Made by a program: the position numbers and the translations under genes
In this document: in pieces, positions 1 through 8,651 of the stretch
Position numbering within the stretch: position 1 is the first letter of the stretch
Layout of the letters: each line of letters begins with the position of its first letter
Assembly (NCBI GenBank): GCA_963766075.1
Contig: CAVYAN010000097.1
Location: 1 to 17,426 of the forward strand
Source: an uncultured cyanobacterium
GTDB lineage: Bacteria > Cyanobacteriota > Cyanobacteriia > Leptolyngbyales > Leptolyngbyaceae
Reading direction: 5' to 3'
DNA: 17,426 bases
The notes under the pieces: model-generated
What the model was told of the DNA's origin: nothing
Databases searched by the model: none
What the model saw: the letters and a program-made list of their open reading frames with translations, nothing else

Positions 1-1
1 G

Positions 2-532
2 GTATTTACCCGCACCAAGCATGGGGCCGATCGCCTCTGCAAGCAGCTCACGCAAAACGGCATTTCTGCCCTAGCCATTCACGGCAATAAAAGCCAATCG
101 GTGCGCACCAAAACCCTCGCAAAATTTAAGGAGGGCAGTGTTCAAGTTCTCGTTGCCACAGATATTGCGGCCCGTGGCATTGATATTAACGATCTCCCGC
201 AGGTGGTTAACTTTGACCTACCGGAAGTGCCGGAGGATTACGTTCATCGCATTGGCCGCACTGGGCGGGCGGGATCAAGTGGCGGCGCACTGTCTCTCGT
301 CTGTGATGATGAGGTTAAGCTATTAACCGCAATTGAGCGCCTGATTCAGCGATCGCTCCCCAAGGAAGTGATCCCCGGCTTTGAACCCGACCCGAACGCC
401 CCAGTGGAACCTCCGCAACAAAATCATTCTCGCCCAGGTGCTAGACGACAGCCATCCGGACGGTCCGCCGAAAAGTCATCGCCAAAACCCTCTAAAAAGC
501 CATCGCCCAAGTCATCCATGCGATCATCATAG
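2..532 (+). CDS. rhlE: DEAD-box RNA helicase, RhlE/CrhC-like (5' partial; C-terminal RecA domain plus basic tail)
   Basis: The frame is open from base 2: [12 protein letters not shown] (motif IV), [21 protein letters not shown] (motif V), [12 protein letters not shown] (motif VI), then a K/S/P-rich tail. The start lies upstream of the window. Confidence 0.9.
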   Translation, partial: VFTRTKHGADRLCKQLTQNGISALAIHGNKSQSVRTKTLAKFKEGSVQVLVATDIAARGIDINDLPQVVNFDLPEVPEDYVHRIGRTGRAGSSGGALSLVCDDEVKLLTAIERLIQRSLPKEVIPGFEPDPNAPVEPPQQNHSRPGARRQPSGRSAEKSSPKPSKKPSPKSSMRSS

Positions 533-669
533 TCAATCAATAGAGTTGTATACCACTTGGACTCCAGGCCAAGCCCCCAGCTCCCCTAAACTTCCCAGCC
601 TCGGGAATGCCACTAACGCGATAGGGTCAGCAGGCCGTTGGGTCTGGAGGCTGGCATAGCCAGGACAGC

Positions 670-1347
670 CTAAACTTTCAACACCCAAGCCTCCCGGTTG
701 GCTGCACTGACAAACGCCGCCGGAACGACGGGAATCTTGACTCCAAGCGCATTAAATGCAGCGCGAATCGTGGCCGCATGGGCCGACTCAGTACTGCCAA
801 TGCTAGCTCCTGCCGTGATCAGAGCAGGAGTCTTGAGCAGGGCGATTTCCGTGGTGTAGGCGATCGCAGCATCTACTTCTAACGCCAACGCCAGCTTAGC
901 AATATTCACATCGCTATCGACATTGCCTTCGCCCTGCTTAATGTAGGCCGAAACATCGTAACTGGCCTCAGCTTTTACGGGAGATCCACCCAAGCTTTGC
1001 ACCGCCGAAATCAAAAGATCGCGGTGTTTTTTGTGATCGGCTTGATTGGCCAGGGCGATCGCCAAAACCGCCTTGCCCACATCCGTATTGGTCAGCTTGC
1101 CCGCCGCAAAACCATAGGCCCAAATCGCCTGATGCTCATAGAAGAGCGCATTATTGAGAATCTTCGCGTCATTTTTTTGAGTGGCCTGCGGCGCAGCATC
1201 CGCACGGTTGGCAAAAAGGGGGATGCTCAGGGTGCTGGCAATTCCCCCTGCAAGTCCCGCAAATGAAGCTGTAACCAGCAATGCGCGACGGGAAGTATCC
1301 TTGCGTCGCACGGCAGATCGAGCCAACCCGTAGTTGTCCATAGTCAT
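670..1347 (-). CDS. Ferritin-like domain protein with twin-arginine (Tat) signal peptide
   Basis: Likely start MTMDNYG at 1347. SRRALL plus a hydrophobic stretch and AxA (ADA) suggest a Tat signal. Four-helix pattern with ligand-like motifs: LNNALFYEHQAIWAY, DHKKHRD, ALALEVDAAIAY, TESAHAATIR. Confidence 0.75.
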   Translation of the reverse strand: MTMDNYGLARSAVRRKDTSRRALLVTASFAGLAGGIASTLSIPLFANRADAAPQATQKNDAKILNNALFYEHQAIWAYGFAAGKLTNTDVGKAVLAIALANQADHKKHRDLLISAVQSLGGSPVKAEASYDVSAYIKQGEGNVDSDVNIAKLALALEVDAAIAYTTEIALLKTPALITAGASIGSTESAHAATIRAAFNALGVKIPVVPAAFVSAANREAWVLKV

Positions 1348-1650
1348 GGTTCTCTGTTTCCTTAGATAGGCGATAAATAAACGATTAATGCGGTTCACAA
1401 TCCTGGAGAGCATCGGACATCTTGTCATCAACTTCACAGCATGCAGAATGGCCGCAGGCATTGTCCTGCATCCACCACCCCGCATCTGAGTTGTGCATAG
1501 GGATACGGGGAGAAGTCAGCCTTGGATCTCTCATTAGAATCTCTACCGCTAGAAAAACCGGAACCCCAAAAGACATGAGAACCGCTCCGGCAGCGCTGAA
1601 CCGGAATCTTCTCCATTGCTCAAGACAATTTCTAAAGAACTGTGAAACTT

Positions 1651-1663
1651 TGACACGGTGTCA
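1651..1663. promoter_or_regulatory. Palindrome TGACAC-G-GTGTCA (GAC-N5-GTC) upstream of petJ; candidate PetR copper-switch operator
   Basis: Perfect 6-bp arms about 75 bp before the petJ ATG. It matches the GAC-N5-GTC motif I recall for PetR at petJ/petE promoters; not verified by search. Confidence 0.55.
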
Positions 1664-1738
1664 TTTGACGTTGCACTCGGGCTTGGGGATGATGTGGTGT
1701 TGGATTTGCCGTAACTTTGAGAGAGGATAGATATTGGA

Positions 1739-2077
1739 ATGAAGCGAGTATTTGCATTTTTGTGTGCAGCCATCCTATTGTGCTTGACCGTGGCCCAGCC
1801 CGCTTGGGCCGACGCCGATCTAGCCCTGGGCGCAAAGATCTTCAATGGCAACTGTGCCGCGTGTCACGCCAACGGCATGAACGTGGTGATGGCTCCCAAA
1901 AACCTAAAGAAAGAATCCCTAGAGAAATTTGGCATGGCCTCTGCCGATGCCATTATGACCCAGGTGCGCAATGGCAAAAACGCCATGCCCGCCTTCGGGA
2001 CCAAGCTCAACGATGATCAAATCGCCGCTGTCGCGGCCTATGTCTTGGCCCAGGCCGACAACGCTTGGCAGAAATAA
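1739..2077 (+). CDS. petJ: Cytochrome c6
   Basis: Signal peptide ending PAWA, then [18 protein letters not shown] (CxxCH), GKNAMPAFG with the axial Met, and [17 protein letters not shown] lies upstream. Confidence 0.95.
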   Translation: MKRVFAFLCAAILLCLTVAQPAWADADLALGAKIFNGNCAACHANGMNVVMAPKNLKKESLEKFGMASADAIMTQVRNGKNAMPAFGTKLNDDQIAAVAAYVLAQADNAWQK

Positions 2078-2111
2078 CCTTGAGAAATTTGGATTATTGG
2101 ATTAAATCTGT

Positions 2112-2150
2112 CAAAAAGGCGATCGCAGAGACTCTACGATCGCCTTTTTG
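2112..2150 (+). terminator. Intrinsic terminator hairpin after petJ, potentially bidirectional
   Basis: CAAAAAGGCGATCG-c-AGAG-a-CTCT-a-CGATCGCCTTTTTG: 14-bp perfect outer arms with an A-tract on the left and a T-tract on the right. Confidence 0.8.
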
Positions 2151-2249
2151 CACATGACACCGTGATCCCAATTGGTATCTCACATAACCTATCCGGTGTT
2201 CGGAGTAATGGACAATACCCGAATCAATGACCGAGTGGGAGGAGGGTTC

Positions 2250-3665
2250 ATGATGGCGGACGTGCTGATTCAGGGTGGCCGCATTGTCACCGCCGTCGAT
2301 GATTATGTAGCCGATATTTTGGTCAAAGATGGACGAATTGAGGCGATCGCTCGCCATATCCCCGCTGACACTGCCGAAATCCACAATGCCGCCGGGTTAC
2401 TGGTATTTCCAGGAGGGGTAGATGTCCATACCCACATGCAGTTCGACTTGGGCGCAGCCCAAACCGTAGACACCTTTGCCACGGGCACCCGTTCCGCTGC
2501 TTTTGGAGGCACCACCACCATCATCGACTTTGTCCTCCAAAAAAAAGGTGAAACCCCCAAACAATCCCTGGATCAGCGGTTAGCTGAGGCCGAACCCCAA
2601 TGCTGTGTAGACTATAGCTTTCACATTATTCTCACCCACGTCACCCCGGAAACCCTGGCAGAACTCCCCGACCTAATCAATCACGAGGGCATCTCTAGCT
2701 TCAAGATGTTTATGGCCTACCCCGGTGTGCTGATGGTCGAGGATGCCGATATTTTCCGGGCGATGCGCAAAGTGGGCGACCATGGCGGCATGATCAACCT
2801 TCATGCTGAAAATGGCGGCGTGATTCAAGTGTTGATCGAGGAAGCCTTGGCCCAGGGCAATACCTCGCCCAAATACCATGCCTTGACGCGCCCCAGTCTG
2901 ATGGAAGGTGAAGCCACCCATCGCGGCATTCGCCTGGCAGAACTGGCGGAAATGCCCGTCTACTTCGTACATCTTTCCGCAGAAGAGGCGCTTGAATCCG
3001 TGGTCCAGGCCAGAGATCGGGGCATTCCGGCCTTTGCTGAAACCTGTCCTCACTACCTCTTCCTCACGGAGGAGGAATATGAGCATCCTGGGTTTGAATC
3101 GGCAAAATTTGTCATGACCCCACCCCTGCGCACTCATAAGTGCCAGCACGCGCTTTGGCGCGGCTTGCGGTTTGATGATCTACAAATTGTTTCAACCGAT
3201 CATTGCCCTTTTTGCTTTAACGAACAGCCCTTCGGTCTTCAAAAATCGAAACAAATGGGCCGTAATGACTTTGAGAAAATCCCCAATGGTGCACCGGGCG
3301 TTGAGTTTCGCATTCCCCTGCTCTTTGATGGAGGCGTCAACGCCGGACGCATTCATTTAAACCGGTTTGTCCAACTGACTGCTACGGCTCCGGCCAAAAT
3401 GTTTGGCTTATTTCCCCAAAAGGGGACGATCGCCGTCGGGAGTGATGCTGACCTCGTGCTCTTTGACCCACTGAAACCCAACATCCTCAGCGCCACCACC
3501 CATCACTCCAACGCCGACTATTCCCTTTATGAAGGAAGGTCGGTAACGGGCAAGGTCGAAAAGGTATTTCTGCGCGGAAACCTGATTGTTAGCGGCGATC
3601 AATGGCTAGGCGCAGCCGGTGACGGGAGATTTCAACCGCGATCGGCCTCGGGTCGGGTGATTTAG
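2250..3665 (+). CDS. hydA: Dihydropyrimidinase / D-hydantoinase (amidohydrolase superfamily)
   Basis: GGAGG precedes ATG 2250. Motifs PGGVDVHTH, SSFKMFMAY (carboxylated Lys), LHAENG, YFVHLS, ETCPHYL, STDHCPF, IPNGAPGVE and KGTIAVGSDADLV. Confidence 0.92.
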   Translation: MMADVLIQGGRIVTAVDDYVADILVKDGRIEAIARHIPADTAEIHNAAGLLVFPGGVDVHTHMQFDLGAAQTVDTFATGTRSAAFGGTTTIIDFVLQKKGETPKQSLDQRLAEAEPQCCVDYSFHIILTHVTPETLAELPDLINHEGISSFKMFMAYPGVLMVEDADIFRAMRKVGDHGGMINLHAENGGVIQVLIEEALAQGNTSPKYHALTRPSLMEGEATHRGIRLAELAEMPVYFVHLSAEEALESVVQARDRGIPAFAETCPHYLFLTEEEYEHPGFESAKFVMTPPLRTHKCQHALWRGLRFDDLQIVSTDHCPFCFNEQPFGLQKSKQMGRNDFEKIPNGAPGVEFRIPLLFDGGVNAGRIHLNRFVQLTATAPAKMFGLFPQKGTIAVGSDADLVLFDPLKPNILSATTHHSNADYSLYEGRSVTGKVEKVFLRGNLIVSGDQWLGAAGDGRFQPRSASGRVI

Positions 3666-6300
3666 GGTGACTCATCCAATGCCTTGCGCACCAAAATAAC
3701 GGTGCATTTACAATGGCGGGCGATCGCCTCTGGAATATTGCCCTGAATGGCCTGCTGCAACAAGCCTTCTCGGCTGGCACCCACTACCACCACGTCATGG
3801 TGTGCCGTCGCCGCTAAATCAATCACCGCCTCCGCCACAGATTTGGCACAGACAGGCAGCGTTAACACTTCGCCCTGAACGGTTTGGGATAACGACACCG
3901 CCGCATCCTCTAGAAACTGACTTTCCTGATCCTCGGCGGCATGAAAGACCTGACACAAGCTGACTTGGGGATCGCGGCATACTCCCAGAAGACTCGGCAG
4001 CAGCTTCAGCGCATACTGGGCGTTAGGCCCGCCAGAAATTGCCACCAGCCAGCGATTCATATTCAGTAGTTGCCAGAGCGCCTGCATATCCGGTTCGACT
4101 GACGCAGCGGGATCCCTAACGTCCGCCGCCATTTTGATCAACACCACACCGCAGGGAGCTTGCCGAATCATCGCATCCACCACATCGCCAAAGATGCGAT
4201 CGGGGGTAGAGTACTGCCTTTCCAACCCATCAACAGTAGGTCAATATGACGTTTTTTAATCACTTCCAAAATGGCATGATCCACACTGTGGGCCACCAAA
4301 ACCTGGGTATGAATCGGGATGTGCCAGCGCTGAGCTTGTTGAACCGCCTGCGTGAGCAAACGACGACTGCGGGCGGTATTCACTTCAGTTTCGGCAGGCA
4401 GGCTATGGGCTGGAATCTGAATGATGTGCAAACATTCGAGTTCATACTGGTGCGCTTGGGCGATCGCCAACGCCATTCTGACCATCCCCTGGGCCGTTTG
4501 CGGATTGCTCAGGGGCAAGAGTAAGCGCCCTTTGCCGATTGCGGGCGATCGGGTTTGATACACGCCGTAGGCCGGAGCAGGGCGGGGGCCTAACTCCGCC
4601 CCATCGCCACGCAATTGCTCCACTTCCACCCGCAAAATATCGCTGCGGGTAATGATGCCCACCAGTCGCCGCCCCTCCGTTACTGGCAAGCGAGACACCT
4701 TGTAATGGGATAGCAAATGCAACACTTGGCTGAGGCTATCCCCCGGATTCACCGTAATGGGGTGGGGCGTCATAATGGTGCGGAGACTCGCCGGGATCGG
4801 TCGCTGGGGAAGTTTATCCAAATCCGTTTGGGTGACAATGCCCACCAAGTCGCCCGCCTCCATCACAGGAAACCCCCGATGGTGCGATCGGGCAAAGGCT
4901 TGAATCACCTGTTCCAGGGGCAAATCACTGGGCAGCGTTTCCACCTGACTCTGCATGACATCTGCTGCCGTCAGTCGGGTCCACAGGCCATCATTACCGG
5001 GATTCTGGTCCAGATAGATGCCCTTCAACTCCAACAATTGGGTATAAAGAGACCCCGGAGCCAGCTTGTCCGCCACCAAATAGGCCGTCACCCCGGCAAT
5101 CATCAAGGGCAGGATGAGTTTAAAATTGGTCGTCAGTTCAAACACAATCACGATCGCCGTTACCGGCACCTTTGCCCCCGCCCCAAAAAAGGCACCCATG
5201 CCCACAAGCGCGTAGGTAATCGGGCTAACATCCAACACCTTATCCGCCAGCAGCCCCACCAAATTTCCCAGAGCCGCGCCCAAGATCAAACTGGGCGTAA
5301 ACAATCCCCCCGGAGTTTCCACACTGCACGCCACTAGGGTCAGGCCAAACTGCACGCCAAAGGCTAACACGGTCATGGGCCACTGAGCTTGACCATTGGT
5401 CAAAAACACTTGCAGGGTCGTGGTGCCGCGAAAGGCGATCGGCAACAGCGCCGCGGTCAACCCAGATACCAACCCGGCCAAGCCAATCTTAATGGGCAAG
5501 CTCCAGCGAACATACCGCCGACTCCAAGCCACCGTGGCTAAAATGCCCCGATTAAACAAGGCCGCCCATCCGCCCGCCAAAATTCCTAGCAGCAGAAAGA
5601 AGGGAATTTCGGCTACCCCAAAACTAGCTGGATGCAATGCCGGATTGATCCCCAATTGAAAGCTGGGTCCACCCAACTGCCGCGACACCACCCCTCCGGT
5701 GAAGGAAGCCAAAATGGCTGTACCCAGGGTCAAGCTGGACACATCTTGAAGCAACTCCTCAATGACGAACATAATGCCAGCGATCGGAGCATCAAACCCT
5801 GCCGCCAATCCCGCTGCAGCCCCCGCCGCAATTAACTGCCGCTGATGCTCTGGCGAAGCAGGCACCCAATAGCTCAGTTGGGCCGCCAGGGCAGCACCGA
5901 TCTGGACCGTCGGGCCTTGCCGCCCCAAAGCAAATCCCGAGCTCAGTGTCAGCAACGAACTCAGGAGTTTAACCACAGCCACGCGCAGATTCAGGGCGAT
6001 CGGTCCATGGGCCAGCCCCGCTTTCACCTGGGGAATCCCACTCCCCGCCGCCTCCGGTGCCGTTTTTTCGATTAACAATCCTGCGAGCACTCCCCCCAAC
6101 AAGCCGACTCCCGGCAGCAAGAGCCATGCGGGATAGTCAAAGGATTCGCCCACGCGCCACTCCGTCAGCCAAAATACTCCCTGTTTCAGAATAATGGCGG
6201 CCAGTGCTGCCACCAAACCTACCAGCACAGCCTCAAAAATGGCCAGGGGCTTTGGCCGAAGGAGATGGCCAAAGAATGATCGAAGGTCGAGAAAACGCAT
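3662..6300 (-). CDS. ClC-family chloride channel/transporter with 2 CBS and 2 USP domains, split by a single-base frameshift near 4211 (sequencing error or pseudogene)
   Basis: GSGIP, GRQGP, FVIEEL, GGLFTP and SLYTQLL motifs, CBS pairs (HRGFPV...LVGIVTQTD; RLPV...LVGIITRSD) and a USP domain ending LLLMGWKGS. The second ORF (3662-4225) continues STPDRIFGDVVDAMIRQAPC and ends in a second USP. Adding one base in AGT-AC-TCT-ACC restores GSTSTPDRIFG. Confidence 0.88.
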
Positions 6301-6320
6301 GCCATCTTTCCTGAAAAACG

Positions 6321-6386
6321 CCCTATTCGATAAGTCCTGATTCCATGATGCAGCCCTATTCGATAAGTCCTGATTCCATGATGCAG
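6321..6386. repeat. Perfect 33-bp tandem duplication
   Basis: CCCTATTCGATAAGTCCTGATTCCATGATGCAG occurs at 6321-6353 and 6354-6386. Confidence 0.97.
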
Positions 6387-6411
6387 TTCTACCGACCCAG
6401 ATCGGTGCATT

Positions 6412-8322
6412 TTAGGCCGCAGGCTCAGATTTAATGGCGGAGGCTGCGGAGACGGCAGTAGGCAACGCCAGCCCATTTGCCTCTGCCCAAACCAGAGCCT
6501 CCGCCATCAAAATCGGATCGCCGGAAGCCAGGAACTGCTGCATTTGGACCCGTCGTTTGGTTTCGGCAACCCGCTGGCGCTGAATATCTTGATCCTGCTG
6601 GGCGCGCTGGGCCGCAGCCTGCTGAAGATTTTTCCAGGTCTGGAGACGCGCTAAAACCCTATGAACCTTTTGGACACCGATTGGCAAATCAGAAGGACCT
6701 TCAGCGATGTCAGGACCGGCAATCTCAGGACCGAGCGATAGAGAGGAGGATAAATTACCGACTTGGCGATCGCTATCTTGACTGTCTAAATCGCCAGAAG
6801 CCTGACTGGAAAGGGCATTACCGACCTTGCCAAGGAATAAGCTTGTAGGACTAGAGCGGTGAGATGCGGCAACGCAATCACACCGCTCCTCCTCATGATG
6901 AAAATCTGACTGAGAATCCTTAGAAGAAAAATATACTTCTTGAGGATTTCCAGTCAGGTTAGGGGAAAACGTATTAAAAGAAGAATTAGGCAATTCCTGA
7001 GGCAATTCCTGAGGTGGGTGTTCCAAAGGCGGGCATTCCAACAAAAACTGCGGATGCCACAGATCGCGATGGCGATAGAGGGATCCACCGCCAATGCCAT
7101 ATTGCAAAAGGGCATGAAATCGGGCTGTGGTCTTGGCCGGTAGCCTATCCGTTTCCAGTAAATCAATTAGGGCGTGACGAATACGATCGCGGGCAGATTC
7201 CGATCGCTGTTGATTCCAAGTGGGTAGATGTTGCGTTGCCACCTCTAAATCAGCATTCACATCGCCAGAACCATTATCCGAAGCTAAATTCGAGGGCTGT
7301 TTCGCTTGAAACTTGCCATGGGCACTGCCATAGGGAAAATAGTGACTATTGGCAATACAGCTTGCCCATTCCTCAGCCCGTTGGACAATTTCAGACTGAT
7401 GCCGACACCATTGGGTATAGCCAGGGAGCGATCTCGCCACATCAACTACCGCATCTACCAATACCTTTCCGGTGCGCGGTTCGCCACCCGATAGGGCATG
7501 GCGAAAGATATATTCCCGCAGTGTAATCCGGCCCAAAAGTCGATTGGTTTGGCCGGGGCCTGTCCATCCCAACTCGATTTCCGTATTTAAGTCATGAATA
7601 AACTTATTGGCTTTTCCCGTCACCGGTTGATAGGCGCGTCTAGATTGTTTCAGAATCTGTTTAATCGCATCTGTTTCTAAGACATTTCGAGATTCGCAAA
7701 ATTGCCATTGCTCAATAAAGTGTTCCTGAGTTGTCCAAATTGGCTGAAACGCACTGTTTAGTAGATAAGAACCCGTTTGCAAAGGCAACCGATGGGCGTT
7801 GAAGAGGGCTGGATTGCCTTCAGGGCTATAGGGCTTGGGATTGGGAAAGACTTCCAATTGTCCTGGATAAACTTTAAATCCAGCAGCCTCCAACGTGGCC
7901 GTCAGGGCAATGGCAATTTGCCAACTGCTGTAAGACTGATCAAACGGAAAATAAAGGTGCAGTCCCCCGCTGGAACTGGATGTGATGCCAATATAACTCG
8001 CTAAGCCTAGGAGTTCTAATGCCTGCACAATTGAGGGAATCGCAAAAGCATCTCGACTCGGGTGATACGCGCTGCCTGCGTCAATATCTAACAGGGCATA
8101 GCCCGTTTCTGAACCAAACCGAACCCCATACAGATTACCACCTTGGCGAATGTGGCGATCGCTTAGGGGATGGCGTTTTTCGGTTTGCCAGGGTACGGGG
8201 GTTCCTGGTGGTGTATGTTCGGCCCAAATATAATCATACCGATGGGGAAACAGCGCTAAAAATGTATCTTGCCATTCTGGAACATACCGCGAAGCGGCAA
8301 TATCTAAATTTAGAGCAACCAC
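6412..8322 (-). CDS. Uncharacterised protein with N-terminal AEP (primase/polymerase)-like domain; putative replication protein
   Basis: 636-aa ORF with GTG start. LLDID (D79, D81; AEP motif I), SSSSGGLHLYF (H122; motif II), QLEVFP (E157; motif III) and a downstream RLP. A helical WTGPGQTNRLLG region (PriCT-like by inference), an HTH-like GIGGGSLYRHRDLWHP segment and a low-complexity C-terminus follow. Confidence 0.6.
   Translation of the reverse strand: MVALNLDIAASRYVPEWQDTFLALFPHRYDYIWAEHTPPGTPVPWQTEKRHPLSDRHIRQGGNLYGVRFGSETGYALLDIDAGSAYHPSRDAFAIPSIVQALELLGLASYIGITSSSSGGLHLYFPFDQSYSSWQIAIALTATLEAAGFKVYPGQLEVFPNPKPYSPEGNPALFNAHRLPLQTGSYLLNSAFQPIWTTQEHFIEQWQFCESRNVLETDAIKQILKQSRRAYQPVTGKANKFIHDLNTEIELGWTGPGQTNRLLGRITLREYIFRHALSGGEPRTGKVLVDAVVDVARSLPGYTQWCRHQSEIVQRAEEWASCIANSHYFPYGSAHGKFQAKQPSNLASDNGSGDVNADLEVATQHLPTWNQQRSESARDRIRHALIDLLETDRLPAKTTARFHALLQYGIGGGSLYRHRDLWHPQFLLECPPLEHPPQELPQELPNSSFNTFSPNLTGNPQEVYFSSKDSQSDFHHEEERCDCVAASHRSSPTSLFLGKVGNALSSQASGDLDSQDSDRQVGNLSSSLSLGPEIAGPDIAEGPSDLPIGVQKVHRVLARLQTWKNLQQAAAQRAQQDQDIQRQRVAETKRRVQMQQFLASGDPILMAEALVWAEANGLALPTAVSAASAIKSEPAA
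6988..7014. repeat. In-frame 12-bp tandem repeat (PQEL-PQEL) in the linker of the 636-aa ORF
   Basis: AGGCAATTCCTG twice, followed by AGG. Confidence 0.85.
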
Positions 8323-8569
8323 CCCAATTACACTCCCAAGCGCTAGAGTTACATAAAATACAGAAATAAAAAATCCATAAATAAACTGTGACCAATTCCA
8401 GAAGATTTGAATTCTTCAATGAATTGGCCTAGAACATTACACGCCAAAGCTTTAGAAAATTGTGATTACAGGGTGTTTATCGAGAAGGTATTCATAACGT
8501 TCGTGAGTCTCCTGACCTCAATCGCTGAATACTTATAGCAGATCGTCAAATGGCCTCTAGTGCACAGAT

Positions 8570-8609
8570 AGAGTCCCTGTGTAATCAAAATTGATTACAC
8601 AGGGACTCT
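8570..8609. repeat. Perfect 19-bp inverted repeat with 2-nt spacer
   Basis: AGAGTCCCTGTGTAATCAA-aa-TTGATTACACAGGGACTCT. Confidence 0.97.
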
Positions 8610-8651
8610 TGATATCGGTAAAACAGTGATGCCCGCGGGATTAATTAGGAT

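Noticed and set aside
1348..1485. N-terminal extension of the ferritin-like ORF given in the ORF track
   Set aside because: The Tat motif position favours a start at 1347 or 1341. The extension looks non-coding.
1400..1620. Possible riboswitch or ncRNA between the ferritin-like gene and petJ
   Set aside because: I could not recognise any conserved riboswitch motif. An Rfam/Infernal search would be needed.
2172..2249. TTG-initiated extension of hydA
   Set aside because: A strong GGAGG precedes ATG 2250/2253, and family similarity begins there.
6321..6386. Mini-CRISPR interpretation of the 33-bp duplication
   Set aside because: The copies are directly adjacent, with no spacer.
4246..8369. 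Numerous short + strand ORFs antisense to clc and the 636-aa gene, and similar shadow ORFs elsewhere
   Set aside because: They overlap well-supported genes on the opposite strand and have no recognisable motifs.
8570..8609. NtcA or CRP site within the inverted repeat
   Set aside because: GTA...TAC spacing is N12 rather than N8, and there is no TGTGA-N6-TCACA arrangement.
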